Assembly (NCBI GenBank): GCA_965248925.1
Contig: CBDFLE010000006.1
Coordinates: 3,520,001-3,584,000, forward strand
Length of the DNA stretch: 64,000 nt
Direction: 5' to 3'
From: Candidatus Multivoradales bacterium
Lineage (GTDB): Bacteria; Acidobacteriota; Thermoanaerobaculia; Multivoradales; J023
The notes under the pieces were generated by a model. The model was not told the DNA's origin, did no database searches, and saw only the letters and a list, made by a program, of their open reading frames with translations. Below are positions 47,485 through 57,317 of the stretch, in pieces; the first letter of the stretch is position 1, and each line of letters starts with the position of its first letter. A program made the translations under genes and the position numbers.

Positions 47485-48810
47485 TCAGCCGGCGTGCAGG
47501 TCGAGGAAATGCGCCCGGTAGCGCTGCTCTGGGAAAGCGAAGCGTTCGGCGAAAGTCTCTGCCGAGATGGCGCCGTGCTGAAAGCGCCGTTTCTCGAACA
47601 CCGGCATCTCGATGCCCAGATGGTGTTGCAGGCCGCGGCGCAGCACTTCGCCCTTGAGGGCATAGAGTTTCTGAGGGTCCCCGGCGGCGAGTTCGGCGAA
47701 GGGGATCGCTTCGGCGACGGCGATGACTTCCGGCCGGGCAAACGGACTGCAGCCGACAAACCCATAGTGTTGAGCTGGCGCCCAGCTGCGCACACAACCT
47801 CGACTTTGGCCGCCGGAGTAAGTTAGCGAGTGCTTGATCTTGTCGACTCCCCAGCCCTCTTGGTAGAGCATCGAGTTCGACACCACGCTGTGGATGGTCA
47901 GCTCTGGATTCTCTTCGATCGGATAGTCCTTGAGGTTTTCGTCGCCGCCGTCGCCATCGATCAAGAAGCGCCAATCGGGGTAGCGGCGACGGATCGCGCC
48001 GAGCAGGGCCAGACCGACGGTGGCGCATTCGACATCGAGCGGCTTGTAATCCTCGATCACCGCCACCGCGGCCAAAGGATCGAGCTCGCTGGCGCTCACT
48101 TGCACCGTTTCGCCGAGCATTTCGAGATCGGTGCGACGCAGGAACTCCCGCGCCTGGCGGATGTCCTCGCCGCCGCCGTCGACCGCCAGGGTAAATGCCT
48201 TGAGCCGGGCCGGACTATGGCCCAACTCGCGCAACACGTGGTCGACCGCCAACAACACCGCGCCGCTATCGCCGCCGCCTGAGAACAACACGCCGATCGG
48301 CGCCGCGGCGGGCAGTGATTTGATCCAGGCGCGGACTTGCTGCAAGAGAGCTCCGACATAGCGTTGGCCGATGGTGTCGAGATCTGCCGGCAAGGTACCG
48401 CGCTCAGGAGTGAAGAAGCGGTGGTGCTCCGGATTGGGATCGGGGCAGCCGATTAGCCGCAAGGTGGTGACATGGTGGGCTGGCACCATGCGGGTGTAGG
48501 AGGGATGGAATTGATCCTCGTAGCCGGCATCCTCCAAGGCGTCGCGGATCTGGTCGATGCGCTCGGCGACGATCAGCATCGGGCCGGTTTTCTCCTTGGC
48601 CAAGAAATAACGCATCGGTCGATCTAGGCTGCGGGCCATCAGCACTTTCTCCCCGTCGCGGGCGAGCAGCGCGAACGAGCCGGCAATCGCCAGCACTGGG
48701 TCGGGTTGGCCGGCGAGCAACCGCTGGCGGGCCTGATCGAGGTCTAGATCTTGCAACTGTTGGCTGTCGGGATCGATCAAGTCGAGAACTCGGGCGATGG
48801 GCTTTTGCAT
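47485..48810 (-). CDS. Asparagine-synthetase-like ATP-dependent ligase lacking the N-terminal Cys
   Basis: PP-loop LFSGGGDS, GDGGDE, SPF, K.EVLR and KRRFQ motifs; degenerate Ntn domain (GSFAL, MARS...PMRY). Confidence 0.85.
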   Translation of the reverse strand: MQKPIARVLDLIDPDSQQLQDLDLDQARQRLLAGQPDPVLAIAGSFALLARDGEKVLMARSLDRPMRYFLAKEKTGPMLIVAERIDQIRDALEDAGYEDQFHPSYTRMVPAHHVTTLRLIGCPDPNPEHHRFFTPERGTLPADLDTIGQRYVGALLQQVRAWIKSLPAAAPIGVLFSGGGDSGAVLLAVDHVLRELGHSPARLKAFTLAVDGGGEDIRQAREFLRRTDLEMLGETVQVSASELDPLAAVAVIEDYKPLDVECATVGLALLGAIRRRYPDWRFLIDGDGGDENLKDYPIEENPELTIHSVVSNSMLYQEGWGVDKIKHSLTYSGGQSRGCVRSWAPAQHYGFVGCSPFARPEVIAVAEAIPFAELAAGDPQKLYALKGEVLRRGLQHHLGIEMPVFEKRRFQHGAISAETFAERFAFPEQRYRAHFLDLHAG

Positions 48811-49093
48811 GACGATCAGTCTCCGGAAATAGCAGATAGCAGTAGAATCAACAGTGAGAGGGTCGCAGCCAGCGGCCGCTGAGATCAAGGATCGCTAGCC
48901 AACGATTATCGCAGATTCGCGGGCCATCGGAAAAGCCCTGTCGTCAAGGTCGTCGACCGCTCCCTCGGCTCATCTGCGCCTCCCTTGCGCTCGACCAGAC
49001 CCACAGATACTATGCGAACGCTTAACCATCGCTGATGTGCCGCGGGAGTCTCGCGGCCGACCTTACAGCCTTTCCCAAATCGGAAAACGCCCT

Positions 49094-50242
49094 ATGGCCA
49101 CAGTCTTTGTCCCGAAGGAGACCCGCGACGGCGAACAGCGTGTCGCGGCCACGCCGGAGACCATCGCCAAGATGGTCGCAGCCGGCCTCACTGTCAGGGT
49201 CGAGCAGGGAGCCGGAATCGGTGCCCACGTTGCCGACAAAGCCTATGAGGGGGCCGGCGCGACGTTGACCACCGAGCGTGGCAAGGCGTTGGCCGAAGCC
49301 GCGCTGGTGCTAGCCGTCACGCACCCGGAGGCCAGCGACTTGGAGCAAATGCAGGCTGGCGCCATCTGGGTCGGCCTGCTGGCTCCGGCACGCAATCTCA
49401 GCTTGGTGAAGCAGTTGGCCGAGGGCCAGATCAGCGCTTTCGCTATGGAGCTGGTGCCGCGCATCACCCGTGCTCAGGTGATGGACGCGCTGTCTTCACA
49501 GGCGTCGATTGCTGGCTACAAGGCGGTGTTGCTCGCTGCGAGCAAGCTAGCCAAGTATTTTCCTCTGATGATGACCGCCGCCGGCACCATCAAGCCCGCT
49601 CGGGTGGTGGTGATGGGCGCTGGCGTGGCTGGCCTGCAAGCGCTGGCGACAGCGCGGCGACTGGGCGCGGTGGTCGAAGTTTCCGATATCCGTGATGTGG
49701 TCAAAGAGCAGATCGAATCCCTGGGCGGTAAGTTCATCCCCTTGCCCGAGACCGAAGAGAGTGGCGAAGGCGAGGGGGGTTACGCCAAAGAGATGACCGC
49801 CGACTTCCTGCGCCGCCAACGGGAAATCGTCACCGAGCACGTTGCCCGAGCCGATGTGGTGATTTGCACCGCCTTGGTACCGGGCAAGAAGGCGCCGACC
49901 TTGATCACTCGGCAAATGGTCGAGGGCATGCGTTCGGGGGCGGTGATCGTCGACCTGGCGGTTGGCCAGGGAGGCAATTGCGAGTTGTCCGAGGAAGGCC
50001 GCGAGGTAGTGCATGGCGGGGTGTTGATCCTCGGTCCGGCCAACCTGCCGGCAGAGACCGCGATCGATGCCAGCGCGCTATACGCCCGCAACGTTTGGGC
50101 CTTGGTCGAGCCGCTGGTCGGTGAGGGGGGCGCTCTGACCCTCGATCTCGATGACGAAGTGGTCGCTGGCGCGCTGCTCACCCATGGCGGTGAGGTGCGC
50201 GACGAACGAACCCGCCAGAGCCTGGAAGGAGAGGACGCCTGA
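49094..50242 (+). CDS. pntA: NAD(P) transhydrogenase subunit alpha, part 1
   Basis: PKET..GE.RVAATP, PRITRAQ.MDALSSQ, GAGVAGLQA and GGYAKE motifs. Confidence 0.96.
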   Translation: MATVFVPKETRDGEQRVAATPETIAKMVAAGLTVRVEQGAGIGAHVADKAYEGAGATLTTERGKALAEAALVLAVTHPEASDLEQMQAGAIWVGLLAPARNLSLVKQLAEGQISAFAMELVPRITRAQVMDALSSQASIAGYKAVLLAASKLAKYFPLMMTAAGTIKPARVVVMGAGVAGLQALATARRLGAVVEVSDIRDVVKEQIESLGGKFIPLPETEESGEGEGGYAKEMTADFLRRQREIVTEHVARADVVICTALVPGKKAPTLITRQMVEGMRSGAVIVDLAVGQGGNCELSEEGREVVHGGVLILGPANLPAETAIDASALYARNVWALVEPLVGEGGALTLDLDDEVVAGALLTHGGEVRDERTRQSLEGEDA

Positions 50243-50529
50243 TGGGAGCCCTGCTGATCGGAATCTATGTTTTCGTGTTGGCGGTCTTTGTCGGTTTTGA
50301 GATCATCGCCAAGATCCCGCCGACCTTGCATACCCCATTGATGTCGGGCGCTAACGCGGTCTCTGGCATCACCGTGGTGGGGGCGATGATAGCCGCCCAG
50401 CGAGGCGATACGCGGTTGTCGAGTCTGCTCGGCTTGGCGGCGATCATTTTCGCCACCGTCAATGTGGTCGGCGGTTTCCTGGTCACCGACCGCATGCTCG
50501 GCATGTTCGGCCAAAAGAAAAAGCGCTGA
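50242..50529 (+). CDS. pntA: NAD(P) transhydrogenase subunit alpha, part 2
   Basis: LHTPLMSGANA and NVVGGFLVTDRML motifs. Confidence 0.95.
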   Translation: MGALLIGIYVFVLAVFVGFEIIAKIPPTLHTPLMSGANAVSGITVVGAMIAAQRGDTRLSSLLGLAAIIFATVNVVGGFLVTDRMLGMFGQKKKR

Positions 50530-50541
50530 GGATAGAAGGCG

Positions 50542-51963
50542 ATGCTGCAGACGACAATCGTTCCAGTTCTCTACTTGCTGTCGGCGGTGCTGTTCATCTT
50601 GGGCCTCAAGGGGCTGACCAAGGTGCGCACCGCCCGGCGTGGTAATGCCATCTCCTCGCTGGCGATGTTGATCGCGGTGGTGGCGACCGTGCTCGAGATG
50701 GGTTCTTTCAACCCGCAGTGGATCTTGGTCGGCTTGGTGGTCGGCGGTTTGATCGGCGGCATCATCGCGACCCGGGTCGCGATGACCGGTATACCCGAGA
50801 TGGTGGCCCTGCTCAACGGTTCGGGTGGCGCCGCTTCAGTGCTGGTGGCGTTGTCGGTGCTGTGGGGCCGGGTGGTCGAGCCGGGTGAGCCCTTGGTTGC
50901 TACGGTGCTGGGCTCGGCTTCGGCGTTCACTGTCGTGCTGACCGTTTTGATCGGCTGCGTCACTCTCTCGGGCAGCGTAGTGGCCTACATGAAGCTGTCG
51001 GGCAAGCTCAAGGGAGCGCCGATTCTGCTGCCCGGTCGGCACTTGCTCAACGCCCTGCTGATCCTCGGCGCCCTCGGCCTGGGCTTCTACGTCGCTTTTA
51101 CCGCCGGTGCGCCGGTGGCGCTGCTGGCCTTAGTGGTCACCTGCCTGAGCTTGTTGCTGGGTATCTTCCTGGTGATTCCGATCGGCGGCGCCGACATGCC
51201 GGTGGTGATTTCTCTGCTGAATTCCTACTCCGGACTGGCCGCCGCTGCCACCGGTTTCGTGCTGGGAAACTATGTACTGATCATCTCCGGCGCGCTGGTC
51301 GGTGCCTCGGGCTTGATCCTCACCCAGATCATGTGCGTGGCGATGAACCGCACCTTGGCCAACGTGCTCTTTGGCGGCTTTGGCGCCCAGCCGAGCGCTG
51401 CTGCGGGAGGTGGTGGCAAGCACGAGTACGAGAACGTGCGCTCCTACAGTGCCGAGGAAGCGGCGATGGTGCTCGAAGCCTCTGAGAGCGTGGTTTTCGT
51501 GCCTGGCTACGGTCTGGCGGTGGCGCAGGCCCAGCACAGCGTCCGCGAACTCGCCGACTACTTGGAGCAAGAAGGCAAGCAGGTCACCTACGGCATTCAC
51601 CCGGTGGCCGGTCGCATGCCGGGGCATATGAACGTGTTGCTGGCCGAGGCCGACGTGCCTTACGAGCAGCTGCTGGAAATGGACATCATCAACCCCGAGT
51701 TCAAGAATACCGACGTGGTGCTGGTGGTCGGCGCCAACGACGTCGTCAACCCGGCGGCCGTCGACGATGCGGAAAGCCCGATCTACGGCATGCCGATCCT
51801 CGAGGTCATGCACGCCGGCACGGTGGTGATGATCAAGCGCTCGCTGAGCCCCGGTTTCGCCGGCATCAAGAACAGCCTATTCGAGGCCAACAACACGATG
51901 ATGCTCTTCGAAGACGCCAAAAAAGCGGTCCAAGCGATCCTGCGGGAACTCAAAGATCTCTGA
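50542..51963 (+). CDS. pntB: NAD(P) transhydrogenase subunit beta
   Basis: IGGADMPVVISLLNSYSG, HPVAGRMPGHMNVLLAEA and GANDVVNPAA motifs. Confidence 0.97.
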   Translation: MLQTTIVPVLYLLSAVLFILGLKGLTKVRTARRGNAISSLAMLIAVVATVLEMGSFNPQWILVGLVVGGLIGGIIATRVAMTGIPEMVALLNGSGGAASVLVALSVLWGRVVEPGEPLVATVLGSASAFTVVLTVLIGCVTLSGSVVAYMKLSGKLKGAPILLPGRHLLNALLILGALGLGFYVAFTAGAPVALLALVVTCLSLLLGIFLVIPIGGADMPVVISLLNSYSGLAAAATGFVLGNYVLIISGALVGASGLILTQIMCVAMNRTLANVLFGGFGAQPSAAAGGGGKHEYENVRSYSAEEAAMVLEASESVVFVPGYGLAVAQAQHSVRELADYLEQEGKQVTYGIHPVAGRMPGHMNVLLAEADVPYEQLLEMDIINPEFKNTDVVLVVGANDVVNPAAVDDAESPIYGMPILEVMHAGTVVMIKRSLSPGFAGIKNSLFEANNTMMLFEDAKKAVQAILRELKDL

Positions 51964-51990
51964 AGCCGGTTGCGGCTTCGCTTTGCTCTT
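51962..51990 (+). terminator. Terminator-like hairpin after pntB
   Basis: GAAGCCG-GTTG-CGGCTTC followed by a T-rich tract. Confidence 0.55.
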
Positions 51991-52160
51991 CGTCCCGCCA
52001 GGGACGGGGATGCACTAGCGAGGGTCTTTCAATTCCTCGTGGTGGCTGTTCAAGGAGTTTCAATCCTTCGAGGTGGCTTGGCGTGAAGCGTCTATGCAGG
52101 CTCCCGAGCCCAGCGAGTGATTGAAATCACTCGCTCAGAGATAACGTCCCTGGCGGGACG
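51991..52160. repeat. REPIN/MITE-like composite palindromic element
   Basis: 16-bp terminal inverted repeats CGTCCCGCCAGGGACG (51991-52006) and CGTCCCTGGCGGGACG (52145-52160), enclosing hairpins with TTTCAA/TTGAAA centres. Confidence 0.7.
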
Positions 52161-52264
52161 GGGATGCCGTGCCTTAGCCCCGAAAACTGAACACCTACCG
52201 ATCAGATTTCATCGTCGCCACAATGCCTTGCATGAGGTCTTAGCCTAGGCTGTAATATGCCTAG

Positions 52265-53983
52265 ATGAACTTCTTTCGAGGCCGAGCTGCTTGCTTCTTT
52301 CTGATTTCCCTTTCGATTTCATGGTTCGCCCTCTGTGGGGACGCCAAGGCCGCCTCGCGGCCGCCGGTCAGTGGCACCGGTGGGGCGGTGGCTAGCGATG
52401 AACGGCTGGCGACCGAGGTCGGTCTTGAGATGCTGCGCCAGGGCGGCAGCGCGGTCGACGCGGCGGTAGCCACGGCGCTGGCGCTGGCGGTGGTCGAGCC
52501 GGAGGCGGGCAACCTCGGCGGCGGTGGTTTTGCCGTCGTCAAGATGGGCGAGAAGGTGTTCTTTCTCGACTTTCGCGAGCAGGCTCCAGCCGCGGCCCAT
52601 CGCGACATGTTCCTCGACGACGCTGGCGAGCCGATCCCGCAGGCTTCGTGGGTGGGGCCATTGGCCTCTGGAGTGCCGGGTTCGCCGGCCGGACTTTTTG
52701 CCTTGCATGAGCGTTTTGGCAAGCTGCCATGGAAGACGGTGGTAGAGCCGGCGCGACGGTTGGCCGCCGAGGGCTTCGTGGTCAGCACCCGCCTGGTACG
52801 TGGGCTCGATGCCAAGCGCGAAGTGCTCGCACGCTTTCCCTCGACCGCGGCGGTTTGGCTGCCCGACGGCGCGCCGCCAGCGGTGGGCTCGAAGATTCGC
52901 CTGCCGGACCTTGCCGCGACCCTCAAAAGCTATGCCGAGAACGGGCCGGATGGTTTCTATCGTGGTCCGGTAGCCGCGGCGGTGGAAGCGGCGGCTAAGG
53001 CTCATGGCGGCATCCTGACTGCCGCGGACCTGGCGGCCTACCAGCCGACCTGGCGCCAGCCGGTGCGATTCGAGGCCTTCGGTTGGCAAGTTGCCGCGGC
53101 GGCTCTGCCGTCGTCGGGAGGCATCTTGTTGGGTGCTTCGATCGAGTTGCTCGAGCGGGTCGATTGGGCGGCGCGCCCGCGTTTTGGGGCTGACCGGGCG
53201 CACCTGCTGGCCGAGGCCTGGCGCCGGGCCTACGCCGACCGGTTTCAACTCGGTGATCCAAGCTCGACCCGCGCCACCTGGTCGGACCTGCTCGACCCGA
53301 CGTGGTTAGACCACCGCGCCGCGACGATCAACAAGCAGCAAGCGACGCCTTCCACCAAGGTCCATCCCTGGTCCGGCCCACCGCCGCCCGAAAGCAGCGA
53401 TACCACCCATTTATCGACAGTCGATGGCGAGGGCAATCTAGTGGCCCTGACCACTACTATTAACGGCCTGTTTGGCTGTGGTTTGTTAGTCGAAGGCGGA
53501 GGCTTTTTTCTCAACAACGAGATGGACGATTTTGCCGCCGCTCCAGGCCGGCCCAACGTTTTTGGCTTGGTGCAGGGAGAGGCCAACGCGGTTATCGCTG
53601 GGCATCGCATGCTGTCGTCGATGAGCCCGACGATTGCCTGGCGCGGCGATCAGGCGATCGCCGTTGGCGGTCGCGGTGGCGGTCGTATTCCCACCGCGAC
53701 GCTGCAAGTGCTGCTCAACCTTTGGCTCGATGGCGACTCCCTGCAAGCGGCCCTGGACCGCCCCCGGATTCACCATCAATGGCAGCCCGACCAGCTCTTC
53801 GTCGAGCCCGACGCCCTCTCCCCCGAGACCCGTGCCGAGCTCGAACGCCGCGGCCACCGGCTCAAGGAGATCGAATCGCTGGCCCAGGTGCAGGCGGTGC
53901 GCTGGAACGCCGGCAGGGTCGAGGCCGCCGCCGAACCGCGGGGTAGTGGTGGCGCTGGTGGGGTGGTGATGCCCAATCCATAA
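52265..53983 (+). CDS. ggt: Gamma-glutamyltransferase
   Basis: AVDAAVA, GNLGGGGF, LDFRE.AP, TTHLS (nucleophile Thr), LNNEMDDF and LSSMSPT motifs. Confidence 0.96.
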   Translation: MNFFRGRAACFFLISLSISWFALCGDAKAASRPPVSGTGGAVASDERLATEVGLEMLRQGGSAVDAAVATALALAVVEPEAGNLGGGGFAVVKMGEKVFFLDFREQAPAAAHRDMFLDDAGEPIPQASWVGPLASGVPGSPAGLFALHERFGKLPWKTVVEPARRLAAEGFVVSTRLVRGLDAKREVLARFPSTAAVWLPDGAPPAVGSKIRLPDLAATLKSYAENGPDGFYRGPVAAAVEAAAKAHGGILTAADLAAYQPTWRQPVRFEAFGWQVAAAALPSSGGILLGASIELLERVDWAARPRFGADRAHLLAEAWRRAYADRFQLGDPSSTRATWSDLLDPTWLDHRAATINKQQATPSTKVHPWSGPPPPESSDTTHLSTVDGEGNLVALTTTINGLFGCGLLVEGGGFFLNNEMDDFAAAPGRPNVFGLVQGEANAVIAGHRMLSSMSPTIAWRGDQAIAVGGRGGGRIPTATLQVLLNLWLDGDSLQAALDRPRIHHQWQPDQLFVEPDALSPETRAELERRGHRLKEIESLAQVQAVRWNAGRVEAAAEPRGSGGAGGVVMPNP

Positions 53984-54211
53984 GTCGGAGAAATGACAAC
54001 CTAATGGTCGATTTTCGACCGCTGGGTGGTCATTTCTCGCGCGATTCGATGGCGGTCGCGCGCCAAAGAACAAAGAGCTTGCGTGACTACAATCAGCTCA
54101 CCGCCGCGGATTGAGATCTTCCCGCCCGATGGCTCTGCCGTCGACTACAATTCAGCTTCCTAGCTCAACGCGGTCGCGGATGACCGCCCGGTTTCTTAAG
54201 AGGTGAATTCG

Positions 54212-54787
54212 ATGCGCTGTTTGACTACTTCTCTGACATTTTTCTTCCTGCTAGGGCTGTTGTTGACCACTATCGGTTGTCAGCCTGCCGCTGAGACTGC
54301 GCCGCCAGCGCCGCTGCGGCGGGTGGAGAGTGTCGCCTTGGGCCTGGTGATCGGCAATTTGCCAGAGTCGCTGGAGGTGGTGGTGAATGAGGGCGAGACG
54401 CTGCAATTTGCTCCCTCCGATCCGGCCCGCGGTGGCCAGTTGACGCTGACTCTCGATGCCGAGGAGCAGGGAGGGATCAATCTGGTGCAGGCATGTCGCG
54501 ACCACCAGGCGGCGATCGAGGCGCGGGGCGGCACCTACAGCGGCCAGCGTGAGCTCGGCTGGCAATATGGCACGGCGTTTTATTCGCGAGGTACTTACCA
54601 GGTCGACGGTGCGGCGATCGAGGAGACGTCGGTTTTTGTCATTCACCCGACCCGTGATCAGCGGCTGCGGTTGGTCTACAGCTACCCCGCCGGTGGCTCC
54701 CCCGAGGACACTGGGAAGCGCCTGGAGGAGGATCTCTTTGGTGTCTTGGGAGAAATCGAACCGTTGCAGGAGACGCCCGCCAGTTGA
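54212..54787 (+). CDS. Hypothetical lipoprotein
   Basis: Hydrophobic leader ending in IGC lipobox; GAGGTG RBS. Confidence 0.7.
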   Translation: MRCLTTSLTFFFLLGLLLTTIGCQPAAETAPPAPLRRVESVALGLVIGNLPESLEVVVNEGETLQFAPSDPARGGQLTLTLDAEEQGGINLVQACRDHQAAIEARGGTYSGQRELGWQYGTAFYSRGTYQVDGAAIEETSVFVIHPTRDQRLRLVYSYPAGGSPEDTGKRLEEDLFGVLGEIEPLQETPAS

Positions 54788-54894
54788 AGCGGGGCGCTCT
54801 ATAATGGAGGGCTCTGAGGACCACTATCGCTGCTGCCCAGCCACTTCGGCGAGCGTTTGGCTGAGCACAGATCAAGTACGGCAGACTCGACACT

Positions 54895-57117
54895 ATGGCC
54901 AGGATCCAGAGAAAACCCAAAGCGCCGGTACGGCCGGTCAAGAAGGTCGGCTTCGACCGGGTCCTGGAACGGCTTGCCGAGTTTGAGCGGCCGGTCGATA
55001 GTGACTTCCTGACCCGGGTCTACGAGTTCTCTGAACGGGTGCATCGCAATCAACGGCGGCGCTCGGGCGAGCCCTACGTCACCCATCCGGTGTACGTGTC
55101 TTACATTCTCGCCGATCTCAAATTTGATCAGACCTGTGTCGCCGTCGGCCTGCTGCACGACGTGCTCGAGGACACCCTGACCACCCGCCAAGTGCTGGAA
55201 GATGAATTTGGCTCCGATGTCGCCGAGCTGGTCGACGGGGTCACCAAGATCGGTCTGCAGGCATATGTGCGTCGCGACGAGGCCCAGGCCGAGACTTTTC
55301 GCAAGATGATCCTGGCCTCGGCCCGCGACCTGCGGGTGATCTTGGTCAAACTTGCCGACCGGCTGCACAACATGATGACCCTTGAGCACATGTTGCCCGA
55401 GGCGCGCTGTCGGATCTCTCGCGAAACGCTGGAGATCTACGCACCAATCGCCCTGCGGCTGGGCATGTCGAAAGTGCAGGGAGATCTGGAAGACCTGGCC
55501 TTCTACCATCTCTATCCGCGCCAATTCGCCGAACTCGAGTTGAAAGTGCGCGAGAAGCTACGGCTGGGCAAGGGCTCGATCCAGCAGATCCGCCGGCGGT
55601 TGCAAGAGAGCTTGCAGGAGGTCGGGATCGAGGCAGAGATCAGCTATCGGGTGAAGCGCTATTACTCGATCTACCGCAAGCTGTTGCGCCAGGGTATCGA
55701 CATCTCCCAGCTCTACGACTACTTGGCGTTCCGCATCATCACCGCCAGCCTCAAGGACACCTACGTGGCGTTTGGCACCGTGCATCAGAACTGGCGACCG
55801 ATTCCAGGTCGTTTCAAGGACTACATTGCGATGCCCAAGCCCAACCTCTACCAATCGCTGCACACCACTGTCGTCGGCGACAGCGGTCAGCCGTTCGAAG
55901 TGCAAATCCGCACCCATGAGATGGATCTGATAGCCGAAGAGGGGATCGCCGCCCACTGGCACTATAAGCAGGGCGATGCGAGCGCCCCGTCGAGCGATCC
56001 CAACATTCTCTGGCTACGCCAGCTGCTGGAGTGGCAGAAGGATGTGGAGGATCCGCGCACTTTTCTTTCGACCCTGAAGCTCGATCTCTACCCTGATGAG
56101 GTCTACATTTTCACCCCCAAGGGTGATGTGCATGCCTTCCCGCGCGGTGCCACGCCCCTCGACTTCGCCTATAGGATCCACACCGACCTGGGCCACCAAT
56201 GCTCTGGGGCGCGGCTTAATGGCAAGTTGGTGCCGCTCAAGACCGAGTTGCGCAATGGGGACTTGGTGGAGGTGATGACCAGTCCCAACCGCCAGCCGAG
56301 CCGCGATTGGCTGGGCTTCGTCAAGACCTCGCGGGCTAAGAGTAAGATCCGCCATTGGCTCAACACGCAGCAGAAGCTCGAGTCGCAGGCGATTGGCAGG
56401 CGCTTGTTCGAGCGCGAACTCAAGCGGCTCAAAGTCAGCAGCAAGCGGGCCCTCGGCAGCCCCCTCATGGGGGAGTATCTGAAGTCCGAAGGGCTCAGCC
56501 GCATCGAGGAAGTCTGGGAGCGAATCGGCTACGGCAAGATGGGGGTCCGGGTGGCGGTGGCGCGCATCTTGGGGCTCGAGGAAGAACAGGTCGAGAACGC
56601 CGAGTCGGTCGCCAAGCCGGGTGTTTTGCGGCGCGCGGTCGATCGCTTGCTCCCGTTTGGCACCGGCCCGGTTCAGGTCAAAGGCGAGGGCGACTTTATG
56701 ACCTCGCTGGCCAAGTGCTGCAACCCCGTGCCGGGGGAGGATCTGGTGGGCTATGTGACCCGCGGGCGGGGAATCTCGGTGCATTCCGCGGACTGCGCCA
56801 ATGTCAAGAACCTGATGTACGACCCCGAACGACTGATCGAGGTCGAGTGGTCGCGGCAGGTCGACAAGGCCTATCCGGTGTCGTTGTCGATCAAGACCCT
56901 CGACCACCCGGGAATGCTGGCGCGGCTGACTGAAGTGATCGCTAAAGAGTCCAGCAACATCCGGCAATTCGAGGCCGGTACCCTGGAGACTGGCCACGGG
57001 ATCATCAACGTGGTGGTCGAGGTGCGCAATCGGCGACATTTAGACCGTCTGCGGCGGGTGATCGGCGCCGTCGAGGGGGTGCTCGAGGTCGGTCGGCGGG
57101 TGAGCCGGATGGTGTAG
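54895..57117 (+). CDS. rel: Bifunctional (p)ppGpp synthetase/hydrolase (RelA/SpoT, Rel)
   Basis: HD motif LHDVLED, KLADRLHNM, YQSLHT, EVQIRT; TGS domain; C-terminal CC and ACT regions. Confidence 0.96.
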   Translation: MARIQRKPKAPVRPVKKVGFDRVLERLAEFERPVDSDFLTRVYEFSERVHRNQRRRSGEPYVTHPVYVSYILADLKFDQTCVAVGLLHDVLEDTLTTRQVLEDEFGSDVAELVDGVTKIGLQAYVRRDEAQAETFRKMILASARDLRVILVKLADRLHNMMTLEHMLPEARCRISRETLEIYAPIALRLGMSKVQGDLEDLAFYHLYPRQFAELELKVREKLRLGKGSIQQIRRRLQESLQEVGIEAEISYRVKRYYSIYRKLLRQGIDISQLYDYLAFRIITASLKDTYVAFGTVHQNWRPIPGRFKDYIAMPKPNLYQSLHTTVVGDSGQPFEVQIRTHEMDLIAEEGIAAHWHYKQGDASAPSSDPNILWLRQLLEWQKDVEDPRTFLSTLKLDLYPDEVYIFTPKGDVHAFPRGATPLDFAYRIHTDLGHQCSGARLNGKLVPLKTELRNGDLVEVMTSPNRQPSRDWLGFVKTSRAKSKIRHWLNTQQKLESQAIGRRLFERELKRLKVSSKRALGSPLMGEYLKSEGLSRIEEVWERIGYGKMGVRVAVARILGLEEEQVENAESVAKPGVLRRAVDRLLPFGTGPVQVKGEGDFMTSLAKCCNPVPGEDLVGYVTRGRGISVHSADCANVKNLMYDPERLIEVEWSRQVDKAYPVSLSIKTLDHPGMLARLTEVIAKESSNIRQFEAGTLETGHGIINVVVEVRNRRHLDRLRRVIGAVEGVLEVGRRVSRMV

Positions 57118-57167
57118 AGAGGGGAGGCTGGCTAGAGATCGCTTATAGCAAAAGTCCTATCATCGTC

Positions 57168-57196
57168 TTGACACTCGTCCTGAGCTGCGCTACGCT
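57168..57196 (+). promoter_or_regulatory. Sigma-70-type promoter of the pil operon
   Basis: TTGACA-N17-TACGCT, about 120 bp upstream of pilM. Confidence 0.65.
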
Positions 57197-57317
57197 GCCA
57201 AATCGCCTGGATGAAAGGCGGTAACTTAGCATTACTATTGATTTTAAGGCCACGGCGAGACTCCAGGGCAACGGCCCTGGCGAGGCTCCGAGTCTTTAAC
57301 TGGAGACGGAAGTTTCA

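Noticed and set aside
49094-51963. Split pntA as a possible broken gene
   Set aside because: The three-gene pntAA/pntAB/pntB arrangement is a known normal architecture.
56014-57039. 341-aa minus-strand ORF
   Set aside because: Antisense to rel; no independent coding evidence.
57200-57300. Hairpins in the pilM leader as a possible c-di-GMP riboswitch
   Set aside because: The conserved GEMM features are not recognisable by eye; an Infernal search would be needed.
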